A stretch of 64,000 nucleotides of DNA, from the NCBI GenBank assembly GCA_038496445.1, contig JALMLS010000320.1:124001-188000 (forward strand). The letters are read 5' to 3'. The notes under the pieces were generated by a model, which did no database searches, was not told where the DNA came from, and worked only from the letters and a program-made list of their open reading frames with translations. This DNA comes from Trichosphaerium sp. ATCC 40318 (Eukaryota; Protista; Tubulinea). Position 1 is the first letter of the stretch. Every line of letters begins with the position of its first letter. This document shows positions 1-10,633 of the stretch, one piece after another. Position numbers and translations under genes: made by a program.

Positions 1-34
1 CGTGTTACGAAGAGATTACTTATGTTTACTTTAG

Positions 35-566
35 TGATAACTATGCGTGTACTTTAAACACATCAACAGGACAGGAAATCACTTTGACACTATGGGATAC
101 AGCAGGGTACGCGAAATCTCCGAAAACTAAACAAAAAAATAATTTATGTTGTTTTCAAACTATCAATGATTTATGATCTAAGACATGTTTTAGGCAAGAA
201 GAATACGATAGAATAAGACCACTTTCATATGCAAATGCTGGTGTTTTCCTCGTTTGTTATTCTTGTGCCAATGAGAATTCTTTATCAAATGTTAAAGCAA
301 AGTGGATTCCAGAAATTTCACATTATGCTCCCGGTGTTCCTTTTATCTTAGTAGGAACAAAGTCAGACCTGAAGCAGACAATGCCTGACGGTGGTGTATC
401 TACAGAGCAAGCTCAATCACTGGCTAAAGATCAGGGCGCAGTACAACACATGGAATGTTCAGCAAAAACTGACGAGAAAAGTATAAAAGATATTTTTGAT
501 CATTCTATTCAAAGCGTTTTACACCCTTCCAAGAAAAAGAAACATAAAAAGTGCTGTATCTTGTAA
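35..566 (+). CDS. Rho/Rac-family small GTPase, 3' part (5' end outside window)
   Basis: Exons 35-106 and 194-566 (GT-AG intron) read DNY...TLWDTAG|QEEYDRIRPLSY...LVGTKSDL...ECSAKT. The C-terminus is a polybasic stretch plus the CaaX box CCIL. Confidence 0.95.
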
Positions 567-950
567 ACAGATATTCAATAATAAAACCTGTATTGTATAT
601 ATCCATGTGTTAAAAAGTACTCAGAGGATTAACCGTTAAACCCAAAGAAACTGTTGCTTTTCAAGAGACGTAGAAGTACAAAAATGTGAAAACGTAATTT
701 AGTTGGCATTCAATAGCTGTAACGCACGTGCGTGACGTTCACGAAAAACAATATTTGTTTCTGGTTTCCACTTTCTTTAAACTCTTCCCGTACTCATAAC
801 CGCACCTACACTAATAGAGCGTTTTATATACCGGCGTCAACATAACGCATTTCGTTTACGTAGAAAAAAGTAGTACAAACTGCAACAAAGTACTGAAAGT
901 GTGGTTTATGTGTTGCTTGTACGTATTTATCACGTGACTACAGGTTAAAT

Positions 951-1761
951 CTAACACCTTACGAAAGAGCATTGCATGACCCAGTTTCTGCGTCCTTTAC
1001 GAGCGACACCAGTAACCCAAGTATTTTCTGGGCAAGATTGAACGATAGAATTCTTGTTCATCACTGGTACTTCTACACAAAAAAAGACATGTCAGGTACA
1101 AACAAATGAAGAAAATATAAACAAGTTATGAATATCTCGCAAATCCAACATTTTAAGGTTGTGCACGTACTGAAGAGACTGTAGAACATATCGACTCTGC
1201 ACTCTTTAGATACACCTTGGCAGGCAAATTTAAAAGTTCTACCAGAGCTGGAGACGCGTGTAGCGTTCACACCTAAATGTAAACATCAGAAATTTAACTC
1301 CGTAAAAAAATAACCAAAGAGTCGTCTGGATCTTCGTTCGTACCGACCATAACGCCATGCTCGCAGCTGAAATCGAAAGCGGTAGTATAGTGTACATCAC
1401 TCCATTCACGTGGCTCGTTATTGTAAACGTTTTGGGCTGGTTTTGAAGATACAAGGTGAAACAAGCTGTCCTTGATGAAGTTAGAGGTTTTTCTTGTCAT
1501 AAAGGCATAGCCATTGTCTCAAACGTACTTTTGCCAATAGACTCATGCTTAATCCTCTGATACCATGTTCTTTTGGCACGATACGGCTCCACTCAGTACC
1601 AGCAGGTGTAACTTCGAGTTTATTGTCAACAGTACGCCTATTATCACGTGTTATAAGTATAGGTTTCCAGATAGACTCTTTGGTGACAAAACAACGCACC
1701 CAACGTTTGTAATGGCAAAAGCTACAGCAATCAAAGCGCATAAAAGAAGAGTTACTCTCAT
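951..1761 (-). CDS. Secreted dermatopontin/amebocyte-aggregation-factor-like protein (about 5 exons)
   Basis: Manual splicing gives signal peptide MRVTLLLCALIAVAFA, then FDFSCEHGVMVGVNATRVSSSGRTFKFAC and SCPENTWVTGVARKGRRNWVMQC. These resemble the C-x(4-5)-hhG-x(n)-R-x-W/F-x-x-x-C dermatopontin repeat. All introns are GT-AG. Confidence 0.6.
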
Positions 1762-2288
1762 GGTGGTGAAGGGATGGTTTCTTTTGTTTTAACAATAATC
1801 ACAGGTCCGTGATTTGGATTCACATTCTCGTTATAGTGGCAAAAGAGGCGAAGATATGAATGTGGTATAGTGCACGTCGTAGCTATAAAAAAACAAGGGC
1901 AGTGCTTACAATGAAATTGGCTTTGAACTTAAGGATCTTTTTTTTGTGTTTTCTAATAATCGTGGCAATAGTCGCGCTGGGCGTAGTAGTATGATAGCGA
2001 GTGATGTAAAGTTTTGTTAAACGAGAACAACATTTTGTACACGTGTTTCAGCGTAACCCTCTATATTGGCGAAGTAAGTCGGTATTGCGTTCGCCTACCC
2101 AAGCGAGTACTCACTTTATTGTATTTGTGTTGTATTTTTTTCTGCTATTGTACAGGACTTAACCGAGAAACAATTACTGTAATAACAACTTCAAAGTCAT
2201 TCTACACAGGACTATGAAGCAAAACAAGCTTGCCATAATCAACTCAAGTTTTCTTTATAACACAAACGGAAAAGCTCTGCTGACTTCT

Positions 2289-2576
2289 TGTTAGCTGGCG
2301 TGTGGACAGCAAGACGAGATTAGCCTGAAAGGTACCAGGTCTAAGACTTGTGCCGATGTGCTAATACCCCCCCCCAGGTCTCAAGGAAAGGAGATGGGGA
2401 GCGTAGCGGTGGTTGGCGGGTCTCAGGATTGACATTTATTCGGGAAGTACACGGAGTTGCAACAGCAAAGGAGAGAAGGGTAAGTGAACAGTCCAGTCCA
2501 GTCTAGTCCTTGAGATTTTCCCTGGCGTAAACGCCTGCAGCGGTTTCCTCAAACGACAACTTAAAAGAAATTTACA
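2289..2576. other. GC-rich structured island (solo-LTR-like or ncRNA candidate)
   Basis: About 50% GC in an AT-rich intergenic region, with TGT...ACA ends and several complementary segments (tctcaagga/tccttgaga, ccagg/cctgg). No target-site duplication was found. Confidence 0.3.
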
Positions 2577-3110
2577 TAATTCAACAAGGAAATGTTGTGT
2601 AAGCCATTGCAAATAGAATTTTGTGCTTGTTTTTGTTGGGTTTCAAATTATAACCAGTTCTAAAAAAACAGATTCAGCTGGTACGTCAGACTCTTAGAAG
2701 CTACATGATATTCATAACATCTGGTGCATAAAGAAACTTACACAGTTGTAGCCTTTATTCCCAATAGCTCACAATGTTGATATAGACGGTTGTAGCGTTC
2801 TTGAGGAAAAGAGCTAAAAATAATCTTCATAAATAAAAAAAAATGTTTGTTGTACAAAAAGTTAACAGGACAATTGAACAAGCTTTGTAGAAGAGTAGTT
2901 AGCACCTATTGGTGTTAAATAGCTGACCCATGCGGGTTTGGGGAGGCAGAGCCTAGCGGCGACTGAGCGCCATAACCCAGTTGTCTCCCTTTGTAAGTTG
3001 ACATTTTTTTGACTTTTTGTTCAACATTTTAGTATACACCGACTCATGAGTTCAGTCATTTAACATAACAGTCATTTTATTTAATAGCCGAATTTCAATA
3101 GTAATGCATA

Positions 3111-4388
3111 TTAGGATCTTGTTATCGTATGAGCACTAGTCAATTCCTTTACAGTTTCATCTGTCATAGCTCCTTTTGTTAAGCAGATAGTGTGCACACC
3201 TACAAGCGCTTTTAATGCTGCAACTGTTATGCTTGTATATGTCAAATCGATTTTATGTACACCTGCCAACGCCTTGATACCCTCATCTGTAATTGTGTCA
3301 CAATAATACAAGTTGATGGTGTGAACTCCTGCCAGTGCCTTCACACCCTCATCTGTAATTAAGCAATAACCCAAGTTGATGGTGTGAACTCCTGCCAGCG
3401 CCTTCACACCCTCATCTGTAACATCTGTACGTGTCAAATCAATGTTATGTACACCTGCCAACGCCTTGATACCCTCATCTGTTATTAAGCCACAATAACG
3501 CAAGTTGATGGTGTGAACTCCTGCCAGCGCCTTCACACCCACATCTGTAACATTTGTACATGTTAAATCAATGTTATGTACACCTGCCAACGCCTTCATA
3601 CCCTCATCTGTAATTGAGTCACAATAACACAAGTTGATGGTGTGAACTCCTGCCAGTGCCTTTAAACCCTCATCTGTAACATTCATGTTTGTTAAATCAA
3701 TCTTATGTACACCTGCCAATGCCTTGATACCCTCATCTGTAATTGTGGTACAATAATACAAGTTGATGGTGTGAACTCCTGCCAGCGCCTTCACACCCTC
3801 ATCTGTAACATCTGTACGTGTCAAATCAATGTTATGTACACCTGCCAACGCCTTGATACCCTCATCTGTTATTAAGCCACAATAACGCAAGTTGATGGTG
3901 TGAACTCCTGCCAACGCCTTTAAACCCTCATCTGTTATTGAGCCGCAATAACGCAACTTGATAGTGTGAACTCCTGCCAGCGCCTTCAAACCCTCATCTG
4001 TAACACCTGTATATGTCAAATCAATATCATGTACACCCGCCAACGCCTTGATACCCTCAGCTGTAATTTTGTAGCACTTTTTCAATTTGATTGATTGTAC
4101 TCCCCTCAATAGCTTGATAGTATAGTCTGTTACATGTTCATGATCACGAAAGTGAATAGTTGTATTCTGGAGTAATGGACTACCAGAAAGGATTTTCACA
4201 TCATTTTCTGTAATGTTGATACAACCATACCCAACGTATTTTTGGACAACATCGTACAAAAAGTGGCATGTATGGGCTGTATTGAGTGCGTGAATCCCTT
4301 GTTTGAGTATATGAACTATTATTTCAATTGGCAGCGCTATTAGGTAGGATACCGGCTGAAGTGTATTTTCAATGTCTTTTTTTTCCAT
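3111..4388 (-). CDS. Intronless F-box + LRR protein with near-identical 21/22-aa repeats
   Basis: N-terminal LIALPIEIIVHIL...TCHFLY (F-box-like), followed by about 14 ALAGVHxIxLxx(x)xxTDEGxK repeats. Confidence 0.9.
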   Translation of the reverse strand: MEKKDIENTLQPVSYLIALPIEIIVHILKQGIHALNTAHTCHFLYDVVQKYVGYGCINITENDVKILSGSPLLQNTTIHFRDHEHVTDYTIKLLRGVQSIKLKKCYKITAEGIKALAGVHDIDLTYTGVTDEGLKALAGVHTIKLRYCGSITDEGLKALAGVHTINLRYCGLITDEGIKALAGVHNIDLTRTDVTDEGVKALAGVHTINLYYCTTITDEGIKALAGVHKIDLTNMNVTDEGLKALAGVHTINLCYCDSITDEGMKALAGVHNIDLTCTNVTDVGVKALAGVHTINLRYCGLITDEGIKALAGVHNIDLTRTDVTDEGVKALAGVHTINLGYCLITDEGVKALAGVHTINLYYCDTITDEGIKALAGVHKIDLTYTSITVAALKALVGVHTICLTKGAMTDETVKELTSAHTITRS

Positions 4389-4434
4389 TTTGCTAATCTG
4401 TTTTGTTTAGAGTTTTTGTCAGTTAAACAACGCC

Positions 4435-4502
4435 TTCGCCAAGCTGTGGGTTTTATATTTGCAAAGAATTTTGCTAGCGAACACGTGTTAATATTCAATG
4501 AC
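4435..4502 (-). promoter_or_regulatory. 68-bp upstream module (CACGTG + TATAAAA), duplicated in inverted orientation at 8291-8358
   Basis: Its reverse complement matches 8291-8358 at 63/68 nt. It ends 46 nt upstream of the F-box-LRR ATG. Confidence 0.6.
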
Positions 4503-4885
4503 TTCAGCGTTAGATAAGAAATTTCTTTTGATTTATGTTTGAGCAAAGAGGCTAACTTGAAACAATGCTGTTTTCTTGAAGTATGTTGATCTATGACGTT
4601 AGTGTATGTATCTACCCAATTACCCGCCTGACAAGCTCCAAAAAATTGTTTCACTAAACCTCGTCTTCGTTTGTGGAAAAATCATTCTGATAACCAATTC
4701 ATGTGAAGACAGGGCCGTCTTTGTTTGGTGAAGGTTTCGCTTGAAAGATGGTATCCACATGCTTAATGCTAATTGGCGGACCCTTGCATTGAAACGCGCT
4801 CGTCAGGTTCCGCTGAATGTTAAATATTTGAAGGTTTTCTGAATCACGTGTGATTTAAGAGGCGTCAATAAACCTGAAACCAACC

Positions 4886-5548
4886 ATGTTCGCAACCCAA
4901 GCGCTCTTTTGTCTAGTAATTGGACTTGTCACAATACTCCATGTCCAAGGTCAAGCGATACAACCAAAACGATCTTTGGCAATTCTTGTTGGTCTATCAG
5001 CACCTACAACAGCTGCAAACTGGCAAACACTCATGGAAAGTATAGCAGAAAATGTCGAAAGAGAGGTTGAGTATGGCACGCTCATATCATTTAACTTGTA
5101 CGGTAGTACGATAAACAGAGAAGGAAGTTTTATAAACGAGGAATTCAACAAACATACCAAAGACTCTATTCTCAGTCATATCAAGAACGCACTATATGGC
5201 GGTGCTAGCTCTTGTATTGATACCTCCAGAGCACTTGAGCATGCTGTACAGACCACTCCTCAAGGACGAGCTCCTGTTTTATTCCTTGTAACAGATGGGA
5301 GACCATGTAGCGTACATGGAACTCCGCCAATCTGCTCTATCGCATCAACGATTCATGCTCAAGGTATTAAACCTATTGTTATACTTGGAGATGGACGAAG
5401 TGATTGGAGTAATGGAGATGGATGTGATAATGAACTTAGTCTATTTAGATGTTTGACTTTACACTCTTCAAACATGCGTTGTGAAACAGAATATAAAATT
5501 AAAAACAAATCAGGTACCAGCCAGTGGTGGTATGGTATGCATATATAG
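4886..5548 (+). CDS. Secreted VWA-like domain protein (paralog 1)
   Basis: Signal peptide, then VLFLVTDGRP and IHAQGIKPIVILG (VWA-type motifs). The MIDAS DxSxS motif is absent. Paralogous to 35886-36521 and 36962-37621. Confidence 0.7.
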   Translation: MFATQALFCLVIGLVTILHVQGQAIQPKRSLAILVGLSAPTTAANWQTLMESIAENVEREVEYGTLISFNLYGSTINREGSFINEEFNKHTKDSILSHIKNALYGGASSCIDTSRALEHAVQTTPQGRAPVLFLVTDGRPCSVHGTPPICSIASTIHAQGIKPIVILGDGRSDWSNGDGCDNELSLFRCLTLHSSNMRCETEYKIKNKSGTSQWWYGMHI

Positions 5549-5828
5549 ATGAATAGTCTGATAATCTGTGATGTATATACAAAGGCTCAAGATCTACAAT
5601 TTCAACGCTTGAAAAACACTTCTAAATTCATTGCTTTGTTCACTAAATAAACATACTTGTCTGATCTTCAGAACCTTAATTTGTTTCGAGTTTACCTTTC
5701 AAGTGTGACATTGAAGAGGCGTGTTGGACAAATCTTCGATAAAAATCGGGCAAAATAAGACAAAGCAACAAGTAACTAAGTGGTACCTGTGAATTCTCTA
5801 TTAACTTAGCTACCATGTAAAAACTACA

Positions 5829-8065
5829 TCAGTCTTTAGTACTAAGAAAATTTATTGCATTTCTGTTTGTTACTTTCTTTTCATACTCATATCGGTGTGG
5901 TGAATGATGCATTACAAATGAGTAGATGTAACTGAACTTCTTGTTGATTGTGAATCTTGAGAAAGTAGCTATGGTACGCGTTCCTTTGTACTATTGTCAA
6001 CAAACGCAAAGGAAAGCGTATAGGAAGGAGTGGTTCTGTTAACCAGCCTCAATCCGATGGAGTGCGTTGCTTTTATCATAACAATGAACCATTATCTCCG
6101 TGTGCCTTTCAAGTTCACTGATGATACTCTTTTCGTTGAAGAGACTTCTAGTCTTCCAATTGTTTTTTTGACCTTTGTATAGCTTCATAAACAAGAAATG
6201 TTGCAACTGAGCGAGCGTGTCTTTGTCTTCACTATATTGACGATGGCGACATGCAAGCCATGCCTACAGATCCCTGTGGTGTACTATCATGTTCAAGCGA
6301 GTATTTCTGATTATCAATTAAATCTTTGAGGGAAGAAATACTTCCCGACCACCAATACGGTATAGATATTAGTTGTATACCTAAAAGATAGTTAGATATT
6401 TTTAACAACTTCTCACAAAGGTGTGGACTTACCAGCATCTTGGCATATTGTTTTCTTCTCAATATCACTTGCTTTCCATGATAAAGTAGGAGGAGAGAAA
6501 GGTAAGACATCATTATAATGTTGCTCTCCTATTGGAAAGATTTGAGAAAAAAGACAAAAAACGAAGAAAGCGGTTACAACTCTAGACCTAAGATGTCACA
6601 TCTTGACATTCTAATATCTGATAGTGATGATTTTTAGGGCCTCCTCAGTGTGTAACACATGGAAAAAGAAAAAATACAACGAAAACTGTGGCGTGAATGT
6701 CATTCCTGCTCTTTCTAGTACCTTGATATTCGAACGCAATATTCAGTGAAGATATAAATACGTCAAGTCGTATCTCTCCTCCAGTAGTATCTCTGTATCC
6801 TATGACATGTTCTTCTTTCATCTGTGTGCCCGGAAAGACCTCTAAAAGACACTGCAGAAGCCGTCTGTTAAGTAAATTCTATTAGCATAAAAATGCCAGG
6901 TTGATTTGAAACAACAAAGCGTACTGTTGTTTTGCCTTTTTCAAGTAAAATGAAAAATGCGGCCAATGCCATAGTATATTAGGGTACATCTTTGAGAGAA
7001 CATATGGAAAATAACGAAGCAAACTCTTGCCTCCAAGACTGATTATTTGACATTGTGAAATACGATACCTAGAAAGTTTATTAAAAAAGACAAGAAGATC
7101 ATGTCACGTGATGTAAGATTAATATCGACATACAATATTATTCAATTAATGAATTACTATTATATCTACAAAAATATACCCGTACCATTCTTCTGGTTTA
7201 GTCAGGTTAAGTAGGTTCTGTGCATTCACAAAAAAATCCATAACGTTTTTTTTATCTTTCCAAAATCCAGAACGCTTTTGTGTTGTATATCTAACGACTC
7301 TGTTAACAAAAAGTATCTATTTTACTTCATTACTCACTTGTATAACCTGTCAACATCCCAAGCATATTTTGGGTAAACGGATTGTAAAGCCTTTGATAAA
7401 GAGTTGTTGTACCTGTCACGTACATTAGGGTTTTTTTCCTTGTTTTTTCTTAAAAGTTTGACACTTTCTCATTGCACATAAAACGTACTTGCTACTTATC
7501 ATACCACCACCACCACATCTGTGTATTGTATCAATGTTTACATTGTACCAATCATCCATTATTGTGATAGATAGACGAGCACCAATCTAAGAACGTCTTT
7601 TTTTAGCTCCTTGACTTAAAGTACGTTTTACCTCCTCCAATAATTGTTTTTGGTTGTTTGCATCGTCCCAGTACCCTTTAGATGTACGCCTACGCGCGTG
7701 GGTGAGTATTGCATTGAGTTTTGTATGAGCCGTTTAGCGTATTACCAAAAACTTGATTCATTCCATTTATGGTTGTAGTATATAGCTTTTAACGCATTGT
7801 ATAGTGACCAGTTATAGCTAGAGCGCTGTTAGGACACTTTTACCAAAAAACAACTCAACTGTGTTGAAATAACAGATAAAGCACCAAGGTTGCTGCACAT
7901 CCTTCTAGTGACGTTGTACCAACCATCTAAATCTTTAATACCGAGTTCTTTGCCAATAGCATCAAATGTCACCCTTTGGTTATGCGGGTTGTCCCAATAC
8001 CCTTTTGGTCTGCCTCTTGGCTTTATTTTTAAGCGTGGCCGTTTTAAAACGCGGTACATCCTCAT
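5829..8065 (-). CDS. Multi-exon protein with GYWD...DWY helical repeats and a C-terminal PD-(D/E)XK (RAP/DUF559-like) nuclease-type domain
   Basis: Repeats KGYWDNPHNQRVTFDAIGKELGIKDLDGWYNVT and KGYWDDANNQKQLLE...IMDDWYNV. Spliced C-terminal part reads EIRLDVFISSLNIAFEYQG|EQHY...DIEKKTICQDA|GIQLISIPYWW. Both ends are uncertain. Confidence 0.7.
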
Positions 8066-8290
8066 TGGTCGCGTAATTTTACTCGTAGTAACGGCTTGTT
8101 GGCGTTATTAAACTTGTGACTGAAAGTCAAAAAAAGCCGGAAGCAAGTTTGCTCAACGAAATAATCTGTATGATGTGTCGTGTACACTAAGATAGACGGA
8201 ACAAACACGCTCTAAAATGTCCTTTATCGTGAAGGCACTAGCGATGCTAGTTTGTGTCGCTTTCTTCAGCTTTGCGCACGTGCGAATAAG

Positions 8291-8358
8291 GTCATTGAAT
8301 ATTAACACGTGTTCGCTAACAGTATTCTTTGCAAATACAAAACCCACAGCTGGGCGAA
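8291..8358 (+). repeat. Second copy of the 68-bp upstream module
   Basis: 63/68 identical to the reverse complement of 4435-4502. Confidence 0.7.
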
Positions 8359-8902
8359 AACGAGCATCGGTTAAGGTAACTCGACTTTTGTTGTTGAAAT
8401 CGCTCCTCAGTTGAGAGTGTTTTTTGTGCATTACAAGGCTTATTTTACCTATCATTTTTTATCAACTTGCACGTGACTTGAGTCAATGTCGCCACATAAA
8501 CAATGAAATTTATTGGATAGCTATTGTTTGTTGCGTAACACCACCTTAACCTCCCCAACTTGATTAGTTGTCGACGAGGCTACATTGATTTTATTTATTC
8601 CATGGTTTTCATTTCTGTGATAGCGAGGAAGACAATATTGTCCTTCAAAAAACAACATTACGCAAGCACAGAGTACAGTCGCAATTCTCTTGCCAAAGGC
8701 TTCGGATTTTGATTCTGGGAACTTGATCAAAGTTGAACTAAATCATCAAGACACAGAGTTACAGGTAACATTCGTGCACAATAAGTCAAGGTTAAGTCAT
8801 TTGAACGTTAAACATCGCGCCAAAAAAAGTCTACAAAACTTAGAAACGTCCGAAGCGCTACATACGTACAATATCACATACGATAAACCCTGGACGAAAA
8901 AC

Positions 8903-10633
8903 ATGAGTACTATTGGAGTGCCGGTTAACCGAATTAAAAACCTACCAGATGACATGCTAGCGCTAGTGTTATTCATTTTCAGCGATCCAGTAATCGTTCC
9001 AATATTAATGAAGCGAACTTGCCGTCTATTCCGTGATTTTGTTCAACGTCTCCCTGACGCATTCTACATCTCTCTATGTAAGCGTCTATCGCTTCATTAC
9101 ATGTTTCCTCTCTACAAAAAACAAACAATACGCGATTTCTGGTTTGACTACATCCCAGTATACTTGAAGTACACAAAATATCATCCAGAGAACTTTGCAA
9201 TAGACTGCGAAGCCTTTAAAAAGGTTGTAACTAAAATCGGCGATAGAATGAAAACTGACGTCGTTTGGCCCACAGAAACCTTACTATTACTCCAGACAAC
9301 TGCTGAAGCATACTTAACAAAGAGATTTTCTTGGTTTTCCGAAACAGCAGAACGTGTCAAAGATCACGTGGATGTCAACAAGTTGACACTTCAAAAGACA
9401 AAAATGATACGTGAAGATGTACCTTATGGTCCTCACCGGATATTTAACTGGTTGAGCGATGAGAGATTTGCTAGTGTGTTTGGCGTTGAGTATAATGAAG
9501 AGATTGCAAAAGAGGATGAGGATTACGTCTGTAGCGACCAAGAGGAGCTCGAAAACGAACCTTTTGTTGTATCTCCATATGGTGATTTTTATGACGAAGC
9601 AGAAGATGGTAAATGGAGACTTAATATGGATAAGTTGGATAATATTACAGGACTTGTTCACCATAATCCAAGGCTTCTATCAAACAAAAGAATTAAAGCA
9701 CTAGAAAAGCTTCACGGGAAGAGTTTTTACAATAACACAGATGCGTTAGGTATGACGCCAATGCATGTTGTAGCAGAGCAAGCAGAACTTACTGACTATA
9801 TTGATCCATACCATGTTAGGGCGTATAGTCTACTTGAGTCACAGCATAATAACAATCAACAGGATATGCTCGGTAAAACAATACCTATGTATATGGGTGA
9901 GAAACTAATAGACGCAACTTTATGGCATGGTAAAGAGCTTCAGGATGTATATGATATTAATATAAGAGATAATAGAGGATGGTCTTTTTTACATCATAAT
10001 CCTGTCTCTAAGGAAATAGCTACTGGTCTACATCTATTCGATATTGATCTATTCTGGATGTGGTTTGTTGGAGGAAAGTATGATTTACTACTTGATGAGG
10101 ATGTTATTCCTTGTTGGGGAAAACTCGATATTTTTAAACAAGATGTTGATGGACGTACTATCGCTTTCAAGCTCTCTGAAGTTGATAAAGAGTTTCATAC
10201 AAGTGGGTACGGTGATTTTACACAACTCATTTGTATGCATGAATGTTTTGTACCTAATCATCAAGATATCCTTGGTGATACTGCACTTATTGTTGCTTGT
10301 AAGGTTTATAATCCTCACATGATTTTTACGCTTATTTTCTTTGGTGCTGATCCTTTGATAAAGAATAACCAAGGAATGACAGCTCTTGATTATATTAAAG
10401 ATTGGCAACAATGTGATCCTTCTCAGATAGAAGATGCTATGTGTGATGGTGATGAAGAGATTGATAATGAGATTATTGCGGCACTGAAGACATGTATTGT
10501 TCCAAAATCTGCTGTTATAAGAATGGCAGCAAGCGATTGTCTTGCTCTTTGTGGAGAACCTTGGAGACATGAAGCTATGAAATACATGGAACTTGATATA
10601 CTGAAAGAAAAGTTTCAGAACATTGATTCTTGA
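8903..10633 (+). CDS. Intronless F-box + histone H3-like fold + ankyrin-repeat protein
   Basis: First ATG at 8903. F-box IKNLPDDMLALVLF...TCRLFRDFV. H3-like segment at 9200-9418. Ankyrin motifs DALGMTPMHVVA, DNRGWSFLH and DILGDTALIVAC...GADPLIKNNQGMTALDY. Confidence 0.85.
   Translation: MSTIGVPVNRIKNLPDDMLALVLFIFSDPVIVPILMKRTCRLFRDFVQRLPDAFYISLCKRLSLHYMFPLYKKQTIRDFWFDYIPVYLKYTKYHPENFAIDCEAFKKVVTKIGDRMKTDVVWPTETLLLLQTTAEAYLTKRFSWFSETAERVKDHVDVNKLTLQKTKMIREDVPYGPHRIFNWLSDERFASVFGVEYNEEIAKEDEDYVCSDQEELENEPFVVSPYGDFYDEAEDGKWRLNMDKLDNITGLVHHNPRLLSNKRIKALEKLHGKSFYNNTDALGMTPMHVVAEQAELTDYIDPYHVRAYSLLESQHNNNQQDMLGKTIPMYMGEKLIDATLWHGKELQDVYDINIRDNRGWSFLHHNPVSKEIATGLHLFDIDLFWMWFVGGKYDLLLDEDVIPCWGKLDIFKQDVDGRTIAFKLSEVDKEFHTSGYGDFTQLICMHECFVPNHQDILGDTALIVACKVYNPHMIFTLIFFGADPLIKNNQGMTALDYIKDWQQCDPSQIEDAMCDGDEEIDNEIIAALKTCIVPKSAVIRMAASDCLALCGEPWRHEAMKYMELDILKEKFQNIDS

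Noticed and set aside
8153-8455. ORFs 8153-8455, 8217-8414 and 4340-4654 as a paralogous protein family
   Set aside because: Similarity is confined to the 68-bp duplicated non-coding module, and stops flank it in the other copy.
8690-8902. N-terminal extension of the 647-aa ORF
   Set aside because: It starts at a non-ATG codon. The first ATG (8903) directly precedes the F-box, as in the paralogous architectures.
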